The notes under the pieces are model-generated. The model was not told where the DNA came from, did not search any database, and saw only the letters and a program-made list of their open reading frames with translations. The translations under genes and the position numbers were made by a program. Positions 8,517 to 18,525 of a stretch of DNA of 64,000 nucleotides are shown here, piece by piece. Every line of letters starts with the position of its first letter. Within the stretch, counting starts at the first letter, position 1. Source of the stretch: Candidatus Dormiibacterota bacterium (GTDB lineage Bacteria > Chloroflexota > Dormibacteria > Aeolococcales > Bog-877); assembly GCA_035531555.1 (NCBI GenBank), contig DATKSR010000053.1:6497-70496 (forward strand). The letters run 5' to 3'.

Positions 8517-9842
8517 CTAGACCCTAGACCAGATCCGTTTCATAAGCAGGCGGGCCAGCTTATCGGGATCATGGTGGGTGGTGATGGTCGGCGAGGCCAG
8601 GTCGCCGAGCACGTACTTGGTCGTGTGACCGTTGGTCGAACCCCGGCTGCGGTCGAAGGTCACCCGGTGCACCCCGGCCTCCTGGGCGGCGGGGGAGAGG
8701 GGCAGGGTGAGGTTGCTGTTGGCCACCACGTAGTCGAAGAGGCCGATGCCCACGTACCGCTCCAGGGTCTCCACGTGGTCATGGACGGCGTAGCCGCTGG
8801 TCTCACCAGGCTGGGTCGCGACGTTGCACACGTAGACCTTGATCGCGGGGGTCGAACGCAACGCCTCGATCATTCCGTCCACCAGGAGATTGGGCAGGAG
8901 GCTGGTATAGAGGCTGCCGGGGCCGATCAGCACCATCTCCGCGTTCATGATCGCCAGCTGGGCCTCGGGATTGAGTCGAGGGTGCTCGGGGACCAGGAAG
9001 ACGCGCTGGATCGGTTCCTTGCCAGTCGGGACCTTGGACTCGCCCACCAAGACCTCCTCGCCGGCGATGGCGCAGAGGGTGACCGTCTCCAAGGTGGTCG
9101 GCACGATCTGGCCTCGAACCGCCAGCACCCGTCCGGACTCCCGAAGGGCATGCTCGAAGTCGCCGGTGATGTCGCTCATGGCCATGATGAAGAGGTTCCC
9201 GAAGGAATGGCCGCTGAGCGAGCCCTCCTTGAAGCGGTACTGGAAGAGCTCGGTCATCAGCGGCTCGACGTCGGCCAGCGCGGTCAGACACTGGCGGAAG
9301 TCCCCGGGAGGCAGCACCTTGTATTCAGCCCGTAGTCGGCCCGAGCTGCCGCCATCGTCGGCGACCGTGACCAGTGCGGTCACGTTGCCGCTGTGGCGCT
9401 TGATGCCGCGCAGCAGGGTGGAGAGGCCCGTGCCGCCGCCGACGGCCACGATCCGGGGGCCCTTCTGCAGGCGACGGAAGTCGTAGAGGCGCTCCACCAG
9501 AGCCTTGTCGCCACCGGGCACGAAGGGGCTGAGCAAAGAGCGGGTGAGCTTGTACATCCCCAGGCCGAGGAGAAAAAGGCCAATCCCGAGAAAGATCGCC
9601 GCCCGGACCCCGCGAGGCCAGAACTGGAGCGTCAGGTTGTAGGTGAAGGCGGGGAGGTGGGCGCTCTGATAGAAATCGCGCAGGGCATAACTGATCCCGA
9701 GGCCGATCCCCACGATCGCAGCGATGGTGACCCCCACCCAGCGTTTGACGTGGAGACCGGGAACCAGCCAGCGCGTCACGCCAGAACCGAGCCGTGGCGT
9801 TCGCATGACTTGCAGGGATGGTATCACCGCCTTGACGGGCAA
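8517..9842 (-). CDS. YvcK/CofD-like (UPF0052) gluconeogenesis-factor family protein with N-terminal TM helices
   Basis: RIVAVGGGTGLSTLLRGIKRHSGNVTALVTVADDGGSSGRLR is the YvcK-family signature. Two hydrophobic helices precede it. The exact start is uncertain. Confidence 0.8.
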   Translation of the reverse strand: MPVKAVIPSLQVMRTPRLGSGVTRWLVPGLHVKRWVGVTIAAIVGIGLGISYALRDFYQSAHLPAFTYNLTLQFWPRGVRAAIFLGIGLFLLGLGMYKLTRSLLSPFVPGGDKALVERLYDFRRLQKGPRIVAVGGGTGLSTLLRGIKRHSGNVTALVTVADDGGSSGRLRAEYKVLPPGDFRQCLTALADVEPLMTELFQYRFKEGSLSGHSFGNLFIMAMSDITGDFEHALRESGRVLAVRGQIVPTTLETVTLCAIAGEEVLVGESKVPTGKEPIQRVFLVPEHPRLNPEAQLAIMNAEMVLIGPGSLYTSLLPNLLVDGMIEALRSTPAIKVYVCNVATQPGETSGYAVHDHVETLERYVGIGLFDYVVANSNLTLPLSPAAQEAGVHRVTFDRSRGSTNGHTTKYVLGDLASPTITTHHDPDKLARLLMKRIWSRV

Positions 9843-9947
9843 CTCTTGCAGCCGGTCGATGCTCCAGCGGGGGCAGTCGGAAATGCCGCCGTATACTTGC
9901 CGCCGGCCCTAGCTGAGCCGCTCCACCAGAGCTGAAGGAGGGCATCC

Positions 9948-10958
9948 ATGACAGCCGACCAAGCGCGCAGCGGTTCAGCTCAGTTAGTGCTCGACCCCCA
10001 TTCCAAGAAGGGGAAGGTGGCGGCCGCTCAGGGTTTCAACCAGGACGAAGCCTGGGTCTTCTTCCAAGGAGAGCAGCGGCGCTATCGCGACTCCCGCCTC
10101 GGCATGATGACCCACGCCCTCCACTACGGCACCGCCTGCTTCGAAGGCATCCGCGCCTACTGGAATGAGAGCCGAGAGCAGCTGTACGTCTTCCGCCTCC
10201 TGGAGCACTTCCAGCGACTGCACGAGTCGGCCTCCATCCTCCGGATGAAGCTCCCCTACACCGCACAGGAGCTGACCGAGATCACCCTCCAGCTGCTCCG
10301 GCGCAACCAGTTCCGGAGCGATACCTACATTCGGCCCCTGGCCTACAAGGCCTCCCAGGAGATCGGGGTACGGCTGCACGACCTCGACGATGGCTTCCTC
10401 ATCTATGCGCAGCCCTTCGGTGAGTACCTGGACCGAACCAAGGGCCTGCGCTGCATGGTCTCCAGTTGGCGCCGGATCGATGACAACGTGGCCCCGGCTC
10501 GGGCCAAGATCAGCGGCACCTACGTGAACTCGGCGCTGGCCAAGAGCGAGGCTGCTGAGAACGGCTTCGACGAGGCCATCGTCCTAGGCCAGGATGGGCA
10601 CGTCTGCGAGGGCTCGGCGGAGAACATCTTCATCATCCGCAAGGGCACCCTGATCACCCCGGCGGTCTCCGACAACATCCTAGAGGGGATCACTAGGGCC
10701 ACCTTGATGCAGTTTTGGAGCGAGGATCTGGGACTCCCGGTGGTGGAGCGACCGATCGACCGCACCGAGCTCTACGTCGCCGACGAGGTGATCCTGTGCG
10801 GGACGGGGGCCCAGATCTCCGCGGTGGTCGAGATCGACCACCGCCCGGTGGGGGACGGTAAGCCGGGCCCGTTCACCAACCAGCTGGACGAGATGTACCG
10901 CTCGTTGGTCATAGGCGAAATCGAGAAATACCGGGAGTGGTGCACTCCCGTCTACTGA
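9948..10958 (+). CDS. ilvE: Branched-chain amino acid aminotransferase
   Basis: Class IV aminotransferase pattern (HYGTACFEGIRAY, RPLAY, KISGTYVNSALAK, EGSAENIF). A strong SD (AAGGAGGG) lies upstream. Confidence 0.9.
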   Translation: MTADQARSGSAQLVLDPHSKKGKVAAAQGFNQDEAWVFFQGEQRRYRDSRLGMMTHALHYGTACFEGIRAYWNESREQLYVFRLLEHFQRLHESASILRMKLPYTAQELTEITLQLLRRNQFRSDTYIRPLAYKASQEIGVRLHDLDDGFLIYAQPFGEYLDRTKGLRCMVSSWRRIDDNVAPARAKISGTYVNSALAKSEAAENGFDEAIVLGQDGHVCEGSAENIFIIRKGTLITPAVSDNILEGITRATLMQFWSEDLGLPVVERPIDRTELYVADEVILCGTGAQISAVVEIDHRPVGDGKPGPFTNQLDEMYRSLVIGEIEKYREWCTPVY

Positions 10959-10979
10959 CCGGACGGTCGCCTGCGGCCG

Positions 10980-12164
10980 TCAGCTAGCTGACGGAGCTTC
11001 CCACTGCTGGCAGGCCCGCGCTGCCGCTGCCTGCAGCTCGGCGAACGCGACCTCTGGAGTGAGAGCGCCGCCTCGACCAATCCCAGGGGAGGACAAAACC
11101 ACCCTCCCTCCCAGCTTTCGGGCCGACTCCTCCGCTGCGGGGACGGTACTTCCCGTCAGCACCAGGCAGGGCAGTCGGCGGGCGGCGCACCGCCGCAGCA
11201 CCTCGCCGGTGACCTTGCCCAAAAGGCTGGCTTGGTCGAAGCGCCCTTCGCCTGTGATGACCACTTCTGCGTCATCGAGCGCGCCGCTGAGATTGACGCA
11301 GGAGGCGACTAGTGACACCCCGGACTCCAGGCGGGCGCCAACGAAAGCCGCGAGCCCGAAGGCTGCCCCGCCGGCAGCTCCCATGCTCGGGGTCGACTCG
11401 ATGGCCCCGAGGTGAAGGTCGCGCTCCACGATCCGGCACAGTCGCTCGAGTCCCCGCTCCAGCATCCCAACCGTTTGGCGATCGGCTCCTTTCTGAGGGC
11501 CGAAGGTGGCGGCCGCTCCCAGCGGCCCTAGGAGCGGGCTGTCGACGTCGCAGGCGGCCACAAACTCCACGTCTTGGCGGAGGTGGGAGGCGCCACTCAC
11601 ATCAATTCGGTCGAGCTCGATCAGGCCCCGCCCGCCGGGTCCGATCGGCTCGCCCGCCCGGTTCAGCAGGTGAAAGCCCAGCGCCTGAGCCAGCCCCGCC
11701 CCTCCGTCGGTAGAGGCACTCCCACCCAATCCGATCAGCACCCGCCTGGCCTGATGCTCCAAAGCGGCCAGGATCAGCTCCCCCAGGCCTCTGGTGCTGG
11801 CCCTTCCGGCGGTATCGGCACTGGGGTGGTCCAGCAGATTCATACCACAGGAGCCGGCCAGTTCGACCACGGCGGTGCGGCCCATTTCTCCTCCAAGCCA
11901 GCCCACCCTGGTCAGAACGGGCTCCAACAGGGGCCCCGCCACCTGGAGGTCGAACTGCTCGCTGCCCGGTCGCCCGAGCAGGGTGTCGAGAAAACCGTCT
12001 CCGCCGTCGGCCAGGGGAACCGCGCGGCAGGTGGCCCGGGGCCAGGCTTGGCGGACTCCCTCGCCGATTGCCCGGGCCGCGTCGGCCGCGGTCAGGGTCC
12101 CCTTGAACGCGTTTGGGGCGATCACCACTCGCCTCGGGAGCGCTCCTCTGATGGCCTCCGGCAC
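10980..12164 (-). CDS. Glycerate kinase
   Basis: N-terminal VIAPNAFKGTLTAADAA, LADGGDG and ITGEGRFDQASLLGK are typical of the glycerate kinase family. Confidence 0.85.
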   Translation of the reverse strand: MPEAIRGALPRRVVIAPNAFKGTLTAADAARAIGEGVRQAWPRATCRAVPLADGGDGFLDTLLGRPGSEQFDLQVAGPLLEPVLTRVGWLGGEMGRTAVVELAGSCGMNLLDHPSADTAGRASTRGLGELILAALEHQARRVLIGLGGSASTDGGAGLAQALGFHLLNRAGEPIGPGGRGLIELDRIDVSGASHLRQDVEFVAACDVDSPLLGPLGAAATFGPQKGADRQTVGMLERGLERLCRIVERDLHLGAIESTPSMGAAGGAAFGLAAFVGARLESGVSLVASCVNLSGALDDAEVVITGEGRFDQASLLGKVTGEVLRRCAARRLPCLVLTGSTVPAAEESARKLGGRVVLSSPGIGRGGALTPEVAFAELQAAAARACQQWEAPSAS

Positions 12165-12281
12165 CTTCTAGGTGTAACCGATGCCGATCAACCCGCGTAC
12201 TCTCATGGCAGGCGCTTTAGCCTCCATATAGGAGCGAGTACCATGGGCGCCTCGATCCACTCTCGGAGTCCCGAGTAGGCG

Positions 12282-14816
12282 ATGTCACGACCAAGAGTCC
12301 ATCCGAGCCGGATGCTGGCAGGCCGGGTCCGACGTATCTTCGCTCGGATTGGGCGCTGGCACCGCCTCAGCATCCGGCGTCGAATCCTGGTGGCGATGCT
12401 GGCCGTCTCGGTAATCCCTTTGGCGATCTTCAGCCTCGCCGGGATGGCGGCCCTCTCCGGGCTCAACAGCGGAGCTCTGAAGTCTGCCAACACCCAGTTG
12501 GAAGCTAGCGAGGACGTCCACCTCCAGGACCTGGTTCAGAGCAAGGCGCAAGTCATCAACAACGAGCTGGAGTCGGTCCAGGACGAGGTGGAACTGGTCA
12601 GCCAATCAACCGGTGAGCGTCTGGCGCAGATCCCCACTCAGACCAGCGACACTTCCGCGGCCGCCCAGGCCAGTGCCGAGAAGTCGGCGCTTTCGTCGCT
12701 GAACAGCCAGTTGGCGCTGGTCTACCACCTGCACCCGGAAGTGGCCGAAGTCTGGGTGCAACTCCCTGAGAGCGGTCTGATCGCGGTGTCCCCGGCCTCG
12801 ACGGTCCCCGGTGCCCAGGCGGCGACCCTGAGCGCTCTCTCCCCGCCCTCCGTCGTGTACCAGGCGGGACTGACGCGCCTGGCCTCCGACCTCAATAGTC
12901 CCCACTGGCGTTCCCTCGTGCCGGACTCTGCCCAGTCGGTGGCGTGGACCCCCGTCTACAACAATCCGGCGGCCGGGGGACCCACGGTAACGGTGGCGAC
13001 CGAGACCTCCTCAACCAACGGAATCGATTTCCGGGTCGGGGCGAATATCACGGTCCGTAATCTGGTGTCAACCTTCCTCACCGGTTCACCTGGCCACTCC
13101 GAAGGGGGCTACGGCTTCCTGGTGAGCAGCGATGGGGTACTGCTCAGCTACTCGCCAGGTGGTGCCGCTGACCTGGGGCTACGGCCCAAGCAGAAGCAGG
13201 CGGCCACGGTCAACCTGGTCTCCCAGAAGAGCCCCTGGTTTGCGGTGGGCAGCAGCATGAGGATCGGTCTCTCCGGGCACCAGACGATCAACCTGGACGG
13301 AGAGCCAGTGGCTGTCTTCTACAGCCCTCTGCCCGCCAATCAGTGGAGCCTCGGGGTGGGGATCCCGGTCTCGGGGATCGACGGCAGCGTCGTGGGCTTC
13401 TCGCAGACGATCACCCACGGGCTGGTGGGGGTCACCGCCCTGCTTCTCCCGTTCCTCCTGGTCCTGGCGGCGCTGGTCGCGATCATGACTGACGTCCTGA
13501 GCCGGCGACTGCTCCACCCACTCTCCAACTTGACCGCGGCGTCGCGTCGGATCGCGGGCGGTGACCTGAACTCGCCTGTCGTTGGGAGTGCGGGTCCGGC
13601 GGATGAGATCGGGACGCTGGAAATGGCCCTGGAGGGAATGCGCCGTCGCCTCTCCGGCCAGCATCAGTTGATCGAGGCCTCCCAGCGAAACCTGGAGCAG
13701 CGGGTGGAGGAGCGCACCACTGAGCTGCGCGAGCGCAACGACGAGTTAGCCACCTTGAACTCGGTCAGCGCTGACTTGAGCCGCTCCTTGGTCCTCTCGG
13801 ACGTCGCCACCGGAGCGGCCGACCAGCTCCGCCGACTCTGGCAGCTCAGCGACGTGTCCGTGTACCTGCTCGACGCGACTGCTCCCGACGGGATTCGGTT
13901 GGTGGGTCGCTCCGGCGATGGCACTTCCGGGGAGGCGACGCGCTCGGAGCTGAGGGCGGCCCTGGCGCAGTGTGATCAGTCACCAACCGTCCCGGTTCAG
14001 GTCGACGAGCTGGTGGTAGTGCCCCTGCAGGTGAGCTTGGCGGGGGTTGGCTACCTGGTCATACGCCAGGAGCAGCTGGCCGGTCGACGCCAGATCGAAA
14101 TGCTTGAGGTGGTGGGTGGCCAGCTGGCGCTGGCACTCAGAAATGCCCAGCTCTTCGCCGACACCCGCGAGATGGCAACTCTCAATGAGCGCAACCGGAT
14201 CGCCCGGGAGATCCACGACACCCTGGCCCAGGGACTGACCGGAATCCTGGTGCAGTTGCAGGCGGCGGACGGTTGGCTGGACCGGGAGCCGAGCCGGGCG
14301 CGACGAGCAGTCGATCACGCCATCGACCTGGCTCGCTCCAGCCTCCAGGAAGCCCGCCGCTCGGTATGGGATCTGCGCCCCAAGGCGTTGCAGCAGACGG
14401 ACCTGGCCGCCGCGATCCGTGAGGAATTGGCCCGGGTCCAGGAACACAGCCGGGTGAGGACCTCGATCGACGTCCATGGGCTCATCGACGCCCGACTCAC
14501 CGCGGAGGTCGAGGTCGCAGCCTTCCGGATCGCCCAGGAAGCGATCGCCAACGCCGTCCACCACGGCCGGCCCTCGGAGATCGAGGTCGAGATGAGTCGG
14601 GACCGCGACACCTTGTGCCTGCAGGTGTCCGACAACGGCGGCGGCTTCGATCCGGCGGCCCCGCGGCGAGAGGGTGCCTTCGGGATCACCTCGATGCGGG
14701 AGCGCGCGGCGGCCTGTGGCGGGGAGTTGCAGGTGATCAGCCGGGCCGGTGCGAGCACCCGGGTCATCCTGCGCGTCCCCTGTCAGGTGCCAGCCGCGAT
14801 CGGGGTGCCCCGCTGA
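12282..14816 (+). CDS. Sensor histidine kinase with a large extracytoplasmic sensor, HAMP, a GAF-like region, HisKA_3 and HATPase_c
   Basis: TM segment, ~330-aa periplasmic-type region, second TM, then HAMP (RRIAGGDLNSPV). Dimerisation/His box ERNRIAREIHDTLAQGL, plus ATPase boxes NAVHHG and DNGGGF. Confidence 0.85.
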   Translation: MSRPRVHPSRMLAGRVRRIFARIGRWHRLSIRRRILVAMLAVSVIPLAIFSLAGMAALSGLNSGALKSANTQLEASEDVHLQDLVQSKAQVINNELESVQDEVELVSQSTGERLAQIPTQTSDTSAAAQASAEKSALSSLNSQLALVYHLHPEVAEVWVQLPESGLIAVSPASTVPGAQAATLSALSPPSVVYQAGLTRLASDLNSPHWRSLVPDSAQSVAWTPVYNNPAAGGPTVTVATETSSTNGIDFRVGANITVRNLVSTFLTGSPGHSEGGYGFLVSSDGVLLSYSPGGAADLGLRPKQKQAATVNLVSQKSPWFAVGSSMRIGLSGHQTINLDGEPVAVFYSPLPANQWSLGVGIPVSGIDGSVVGFSQTITHGLVGVTALLLPFLLVLAALVAIMTDVLSRRLLHPLSNLTAASRRIAGGDLNSPVVGSAGPADEIGTLEMALEGMRRRLSGQHQLIEASQRNLEQRVEERTTELRERNDELATLNSVSADLSRSLVLSDVATGAADQLRRLWQLSDVSVYLLDATAPDGIRLVGRSGDGTSGEATRSELRAALAQCDQSPTVPVQVDELVVVPLQVSLAGVGYLVIRQEQLAGRRQIEMLEVVGGQLALALRNAQLFADTREMATLNERNRIAREIHDTLAQGLTGILVQLQAADGWLDREPSRARRAVDHAIDLARSSLQEARRSVWDLRPKALQQTDLAAAIREELARVQEHSRVRTSIDVHGLIDARLTAEVEVAAFRIAQEAIANAVHHGRPSEIEVEMSRDRDTLCLQVSDNGGGFDPAAPRREGAFGITSMRERAAACGGELQVISRAGASTRVILRVPCQVPAAIGVPR

Positions 14817-14821
14817 TCCGC

Positions 14822-15451
14822 GTGCTGGTCGCCGATGACCACCCGGTGGTCCGAGAGGGCATCGTCGCGATGCTGGAGGTCGAGCCGGACCTCGCCGTGG
14901 TTGCTGAAGCCGCCAACGGCCTGGAAGCGGTGGAACTGGCCCTAGCCACCTCGCCGGATGTCGTGCTGCTGGATGTGCAGATGCCCGGGCTGGATGGGAT
15001 TGAAGCCCTGCGGCGGCTGCGTGAGACCCTGCCCTCGGCCAAGGTGCTGATGCTCACCACCTTTGGCCACGAGAACTACCTGATTCTCAGTTCAAGGGCT
15101 GGGGCCAGCGGATTCCTACTGAAGGACGTCAGCCGGAGTGAGCTTGCAGGCGCCATCCGGCGGGTGGCCGCCGGGGAGTCACTGATCGAGGTGGAGCCGG
15201 AGGCGGAGTCGGAGTCCAATCGGATCAGCATCCGGGAACTCGAAGTGCTGGAGTGCATGGCCGAGGGGCTCTCCAACCGGGAGATCTCCGCCGCCCTCAG
15301 CATCAGTGAAAACACGGTCAAGACCCACGTCGGCCATCTCCTGGGCAAGCTGGAGGCCCCCGACCGGGCCGGGGCTGTGTTGCGGGGCTGGCGCAAGGGT
15401 CTGATCTCGGGAGTGGTCGCGGATTCCGCCAGCAATCACCCCAGCGGGTGA
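14822..15451 (+). CDS. NarL/LuxR-family response regulator
   Basis: Receiver domain (VLVADDHPVVREG..VVLLDVQMP) plus a LuxR helix-turn-helix (LSNREISAALSISENTVKTHV). GTG at 14822 sits just after the kinase stop. The longer ORF from 14615 overlaps the kinase. Confidence 0.85.
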   Translation: MLVADDHPVVREGIVAMLEVEPDLAVVAEAANGLEAVELALATSPDVVLLDVQMPGLDGIEALRRLRETLPSAKVLMLTTFGHENYLILSSRAGASGFLLKDVSRSELAGAIRRVAAGESLIEVEPEAESESNRISIRELEVLECMAEGLSNREISAALSISENTVKTHVGHLLGKLEAPDRAGAVLRGWRKGLISGVVADSASNHPSG

Positions 15452-15560
15452 TGACAGGTCCCCAGCCAAGCGCCTAAGATGCGACCAACCGTGCGGGCAA
15501 CTGGCTACTGTGGCCTTCGTGCTCGATCTCGGATCATGGCAATGGAGGGACAAGAGACAC

Positions 15561-17450
15561 GTGATAAAGCATTCCAAGCTCCCGCTCTGGCGAGCGGCGG
15601 GCCTCGCCGCTCTGGTTGCTCTGGCAGCTGGGACCCTGGGGTCAGGCGCACTTAGCGCCAGCGCAGCCAGTTCGTCATCCAACAAGGTCATTACCTGGGC
15701 TGAAGGGGTCAGCGCCATCCCGGACTACATCTCTCCGATGGCCAGCCTTGACTACTTCAGCACCGTCAACCTCGACTACTTCTCGTTCCTGGTGTATCGG
15801 CCGCTCTACTGGTTCGGCACCAGCGGGTCGCCGACCCTCAACACCAAGCTGAGCATGGCGGATGCGCCGATCTACTCCAACAACAACCACACAGTGGTCC
15901 TGAACATGAAGCACTGGAAGTGGTCTGACGGGACGCCAGTCACCGCGCGCGACGTCATCTTCTGGATGAACCTCCTGGAGGCGTCGGTAAGCCCGGCGGC
16001 GGCAAACATCAACCCAGGCAGCACGACCGCTCCTGGTCCTGGTTGGGGCAGCGCCGCGCCCGGCCTGTTCCCGCTCAACATCAGTAGCTACACGGCCACC
16101 GGGACCTATCAGGTGACCATGCAGATCACCGGGACCTACGACCCGACGTGGTTCACCTACAACGAACTGGCTCAGATCACGCCGATCCCTCAGCACGTCT
16201 GGGACAAGACCTCTGCCAGCAGCCCGGAAGGCAACTACGACGAGACCGTTCCTGGGACCGCCACAACTGGCGCCCTCGCGGTCGCCCAGTACGTCAACAG
16301 CGAGTCGCAGGACACCGCGACCTACGACGCCAACCCCATGTGGCAGGTGGTGGACGGGCCCTTCAAGCTGGCCCAGTACGACAGCACTGGCTACGTGAAG
16401 TTCGTGCCCAACACGGGGTACTCCGGTCCGGACAAGGCCAAGGAAAAGGCCTTCGAAGAGATACCGTTCCTGAGTCCAGAGGCGGAATTCAACGAACTCA
16501 AGTCCGGGGGTCTGACGATTGGGTATCTGCCCACCGAGGACTATTCCCAACTGAAGACGCTTGAGCACAATGGGTTCAAGGCCAACTACTGGAACATCTA
16601 TGGCATCAACTACATGTGGTACAACTACACCGGCCCGGCTGGGAAGATGTTCAGTCAGCTGTACATCAGACAGGCGATTCAATCGCTGATCAATCAGCCG
16701 CAGATCATCAAGGATTACTTTGTCGGTGGGAGCGGCCTGCTTGAAAACGGACCTGTGCCCCCGTATCCGACGAGCACCAAGGCGAACCCCTTCCTGAGTA
16801 AGGAAGAGGCCGGCCCCTTGATGTACCCCTTCGATCCGTCGCATGCCGTCTCCCTGCTCAAATCTCACGGCTGGGCCGTGCATCCGAAGGGAACGACTGT
16901 CTGCGAGAAGGCCGGCTCCGCCGCTAACGAGTGCGGGGCTGGAATCAAGAAGGGGACGCCAATGACGTTCTCCTTCCTCTACGCGATCGCCGGCCCAGTC
17001 TGGACTGACGAGATGACCTCAGTCACCTCGAACTGGAAGAGGTACGCCGGAATGACCGCAACCATCCGGACCCCCAAGTCATTCAATAACGTGATCGCCG
17101 ACATGGGTACCAAGACTTGGGACTTGGACTACTACGACAATGGCTGGGTCTATTCGCCTGACTACCTGCCCACCGGTGAAGACCTGTGGCTGCCAGGGGC
17201 GGGCTCCAACTCCGGTCATTACAACAATGCGGAAGCCACCAAACTGATCAAGCTGACCGACGAGGCGCCGACCACGAAAAGCGAGATCAAGGCTATCCAA
17301 ACCTACGAGAACTACTTCACCAAGGAGCTGCCTGTGCTCTGGATGCCAGAGCAACCCCAGGCACTGACCGTTTACAACAGCAAGCTGACGGGTGTCGTGC
17401 CTCAGGGCATCTTTGACGAGATCTACCCGCAGGACTACTCGATCTCGTAG
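15561..17450 (+). CDS. ABC transporter substrate-binding protein, family 5 (peptide/nickel type)
   Basis: GTG preceded by GGAGGGA. Signal-peptide-like N-terminus KLPLWRAAGLAALVALAAGTLG. ~630 aa with family-5 SBP patterns, followed by Dpp/Opp-type permeases. Confidence 0.85.
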   Translation: MIKHSKLPLWRAAGLAALVALAAGTLGSGALSASAASSSSNKVITWAEGVSAIPDYISPMASLDYFSTVNLDYFSFLVYRPLYWFGTSGSPTLNTKLSMADAPIYSNNNHTVVLNMKHWKWSDGTPVTARDVIFWMNLLEASVSPAAANINPGSTTAPGPGWGSAAPGLFPLNISSYTATGTYQVTMQITGTYDPTWFTYNELAQITPIPQHVWDKTSASSPEGNYDETVPGTATTGALAVAQYVNSESQDTATYDANPMWQVVDGPFKLAQYDSTGYVKFVPNTGYSGPDKAKEKAFEEIPFLSPEAEFNELKSGGLTIGYLPTEDYSQLKTLEHNGFKANYWNIYGINYMWYNYTGPAGKMFSQLYIRQAIQSLINQPQIIKDYFVGGSGLLENGPVPPYPTSTKANPFLSKEEAGPLMYPFDPSHAVSLLKSHGWAVHPKGTTVCEKAGSAANECGAGIKKGTPMTFSFLYAIAGPVWTDEMTSVTSNWKRYAGMTATIRTPKSFNNVIADMGTKTWDLDYYDNGWVYSPDYLPTGEDLWLPGAGSNSGHYNNAEATKLIKLTDEAPTTKSEIKAIQTYENYFTKELPVLWMPEQPQALTVYNSKLTGVVPQGIFDEIYPQDYSIS

Positions 17451-17472
17451 GCGGCTTTCGACCTAGATCGAC

Positions 17473-17510
17473 GCGGGGCCCGGCGTGAGCCGGGCCCCGC
17501 TTATAAATTT
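17473..17510 (+). terminator. Intrinsic terminator/attenuator between the SBP and permease genes
   Basis: Perfect 12-bp stem GCGGGGCCCGGC / GCCGGGCCCCGC with a GTGA loop, followed by TTATAAATTT. Confidence 0.6.
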
Positions 17511-17546
17511 CGCCAAGATGCCATGGGATTAGGGTGGTGAAGTGAG

Positions 17547-18488
17547 TTGATCGGCTATCTGATCCGGAGGATCCTTCAGTCGCTCATAGTGTTGATCGGG
17601 GTCACGATCATCACCTTCATCCTGCTTCATCTCCTTCCGGGCAATCCGGTGGCGGCCATCTTGGGGCCGAGAGCCACGGCCGCCGACGTGGCGTCGCTGA
17701 CCAGGCAACTGGGGCTCAACAAGCCTCTTCCCGAGCAGTACCTCCTCTGGCTCTGGAATCTGGCGCACTTCAACCTGGGGTACTCGTACAAGTTCACTGC
17801 TTCCGTGGATTCCCTATTGGCCCAGCGCCTCCCCAATACGCTCTTGTTGGTAGGCACGTCGACTGTTTTGGCGGTCGTGGTAGCTGTCCCACTCGGCGTG
17901 TTGCAGTCGGTGCGGCGCAACAAGCCGGACGACTACGCGATGACCGGGCTGAGTTTTGTGTTCTACTCCATGCCGACCTTCTGGCTGGGGATTCTCTTGA
18001 TCATCGCCTTCAGCGCGACGATCCACTGGTTTCCCGCGGAGGCTCCCCAGGCGCAGAACAGCCTGTTCTCCCAGCTCAGCGGTCTGGTCCTTCCGATTGT
18101 GACCCTCGCCTTGGTGACGATGGCGCTCTTCAGCCGGTACATGCGCAGCTCCATGCTGGAGAACTTGGTGCAGGACTATGTTCGCACCGCCCGAGCGAAG
18201 GGAGTGTCCAATCGCGCCGTTCTCTTCCGCCATGTGCTGCGCAATGCGCTTTTGCCATTGCTCACTTTGATCGGGCTCAGTATTCCGGGCATTGTCAGTG
18301 GCGCCGTCGTCGTGGAGACCGTGTTCAACTATCCGGGCATGGGCTACCTCTTCTACCTAGCCGCGCAAGATGACGACTTTCCGGTCCTGCTGGGCGTGAC
18401 GGTGGTGATTGCTTTGGCCACCGTGCTCGGCTCGCTGGTGGCCGACATTCTCTACGCGGTGGCTGATCCGCGTATTCGGTATGTCTAG
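17547..18488 (+). CDS. ABC transporter permease, DppB/OppB-like
   Basis: N-terminus IGYLIRRILQSLIVLIGVTIITFILLHLLPGNPV is the typical DppB/OppB start. Polytopic, with an EAA-like loop (YVRTARAKG). Confidence 0.85.
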   Translation: MIGYLIRRILQSLIVLIGVTIITFILLHLLPGNPVAAILGPRATAADVASLTRQLGLNKPLPEQYLLWLWNLAHFNLGYSYKFTASVDSLLAQRLPNTLLLVGTSTVLAVVVAVPLGVLQSVRRNKPDDYAMTGLSFVFYSMPTFWLGILLIIAFSATIHWFPAEAPQAQNSLFSQLSGLVLPIVTLALVTMALFSRYMRSSMLENLVQDYVRTARAKGVSNRAVLFRHVLRNALLPLLTLIGLSIPGIVSGAVVVETVFNYPGMGYLFYLAAQDDDFPVLLGVTVVIALATVLGSLVADILYAVADPRIRYV

Positions 18489-18525
18489 GTGATGTCGGCC
18501 AACGCCGCGGCGGAGGTAGCGTGAG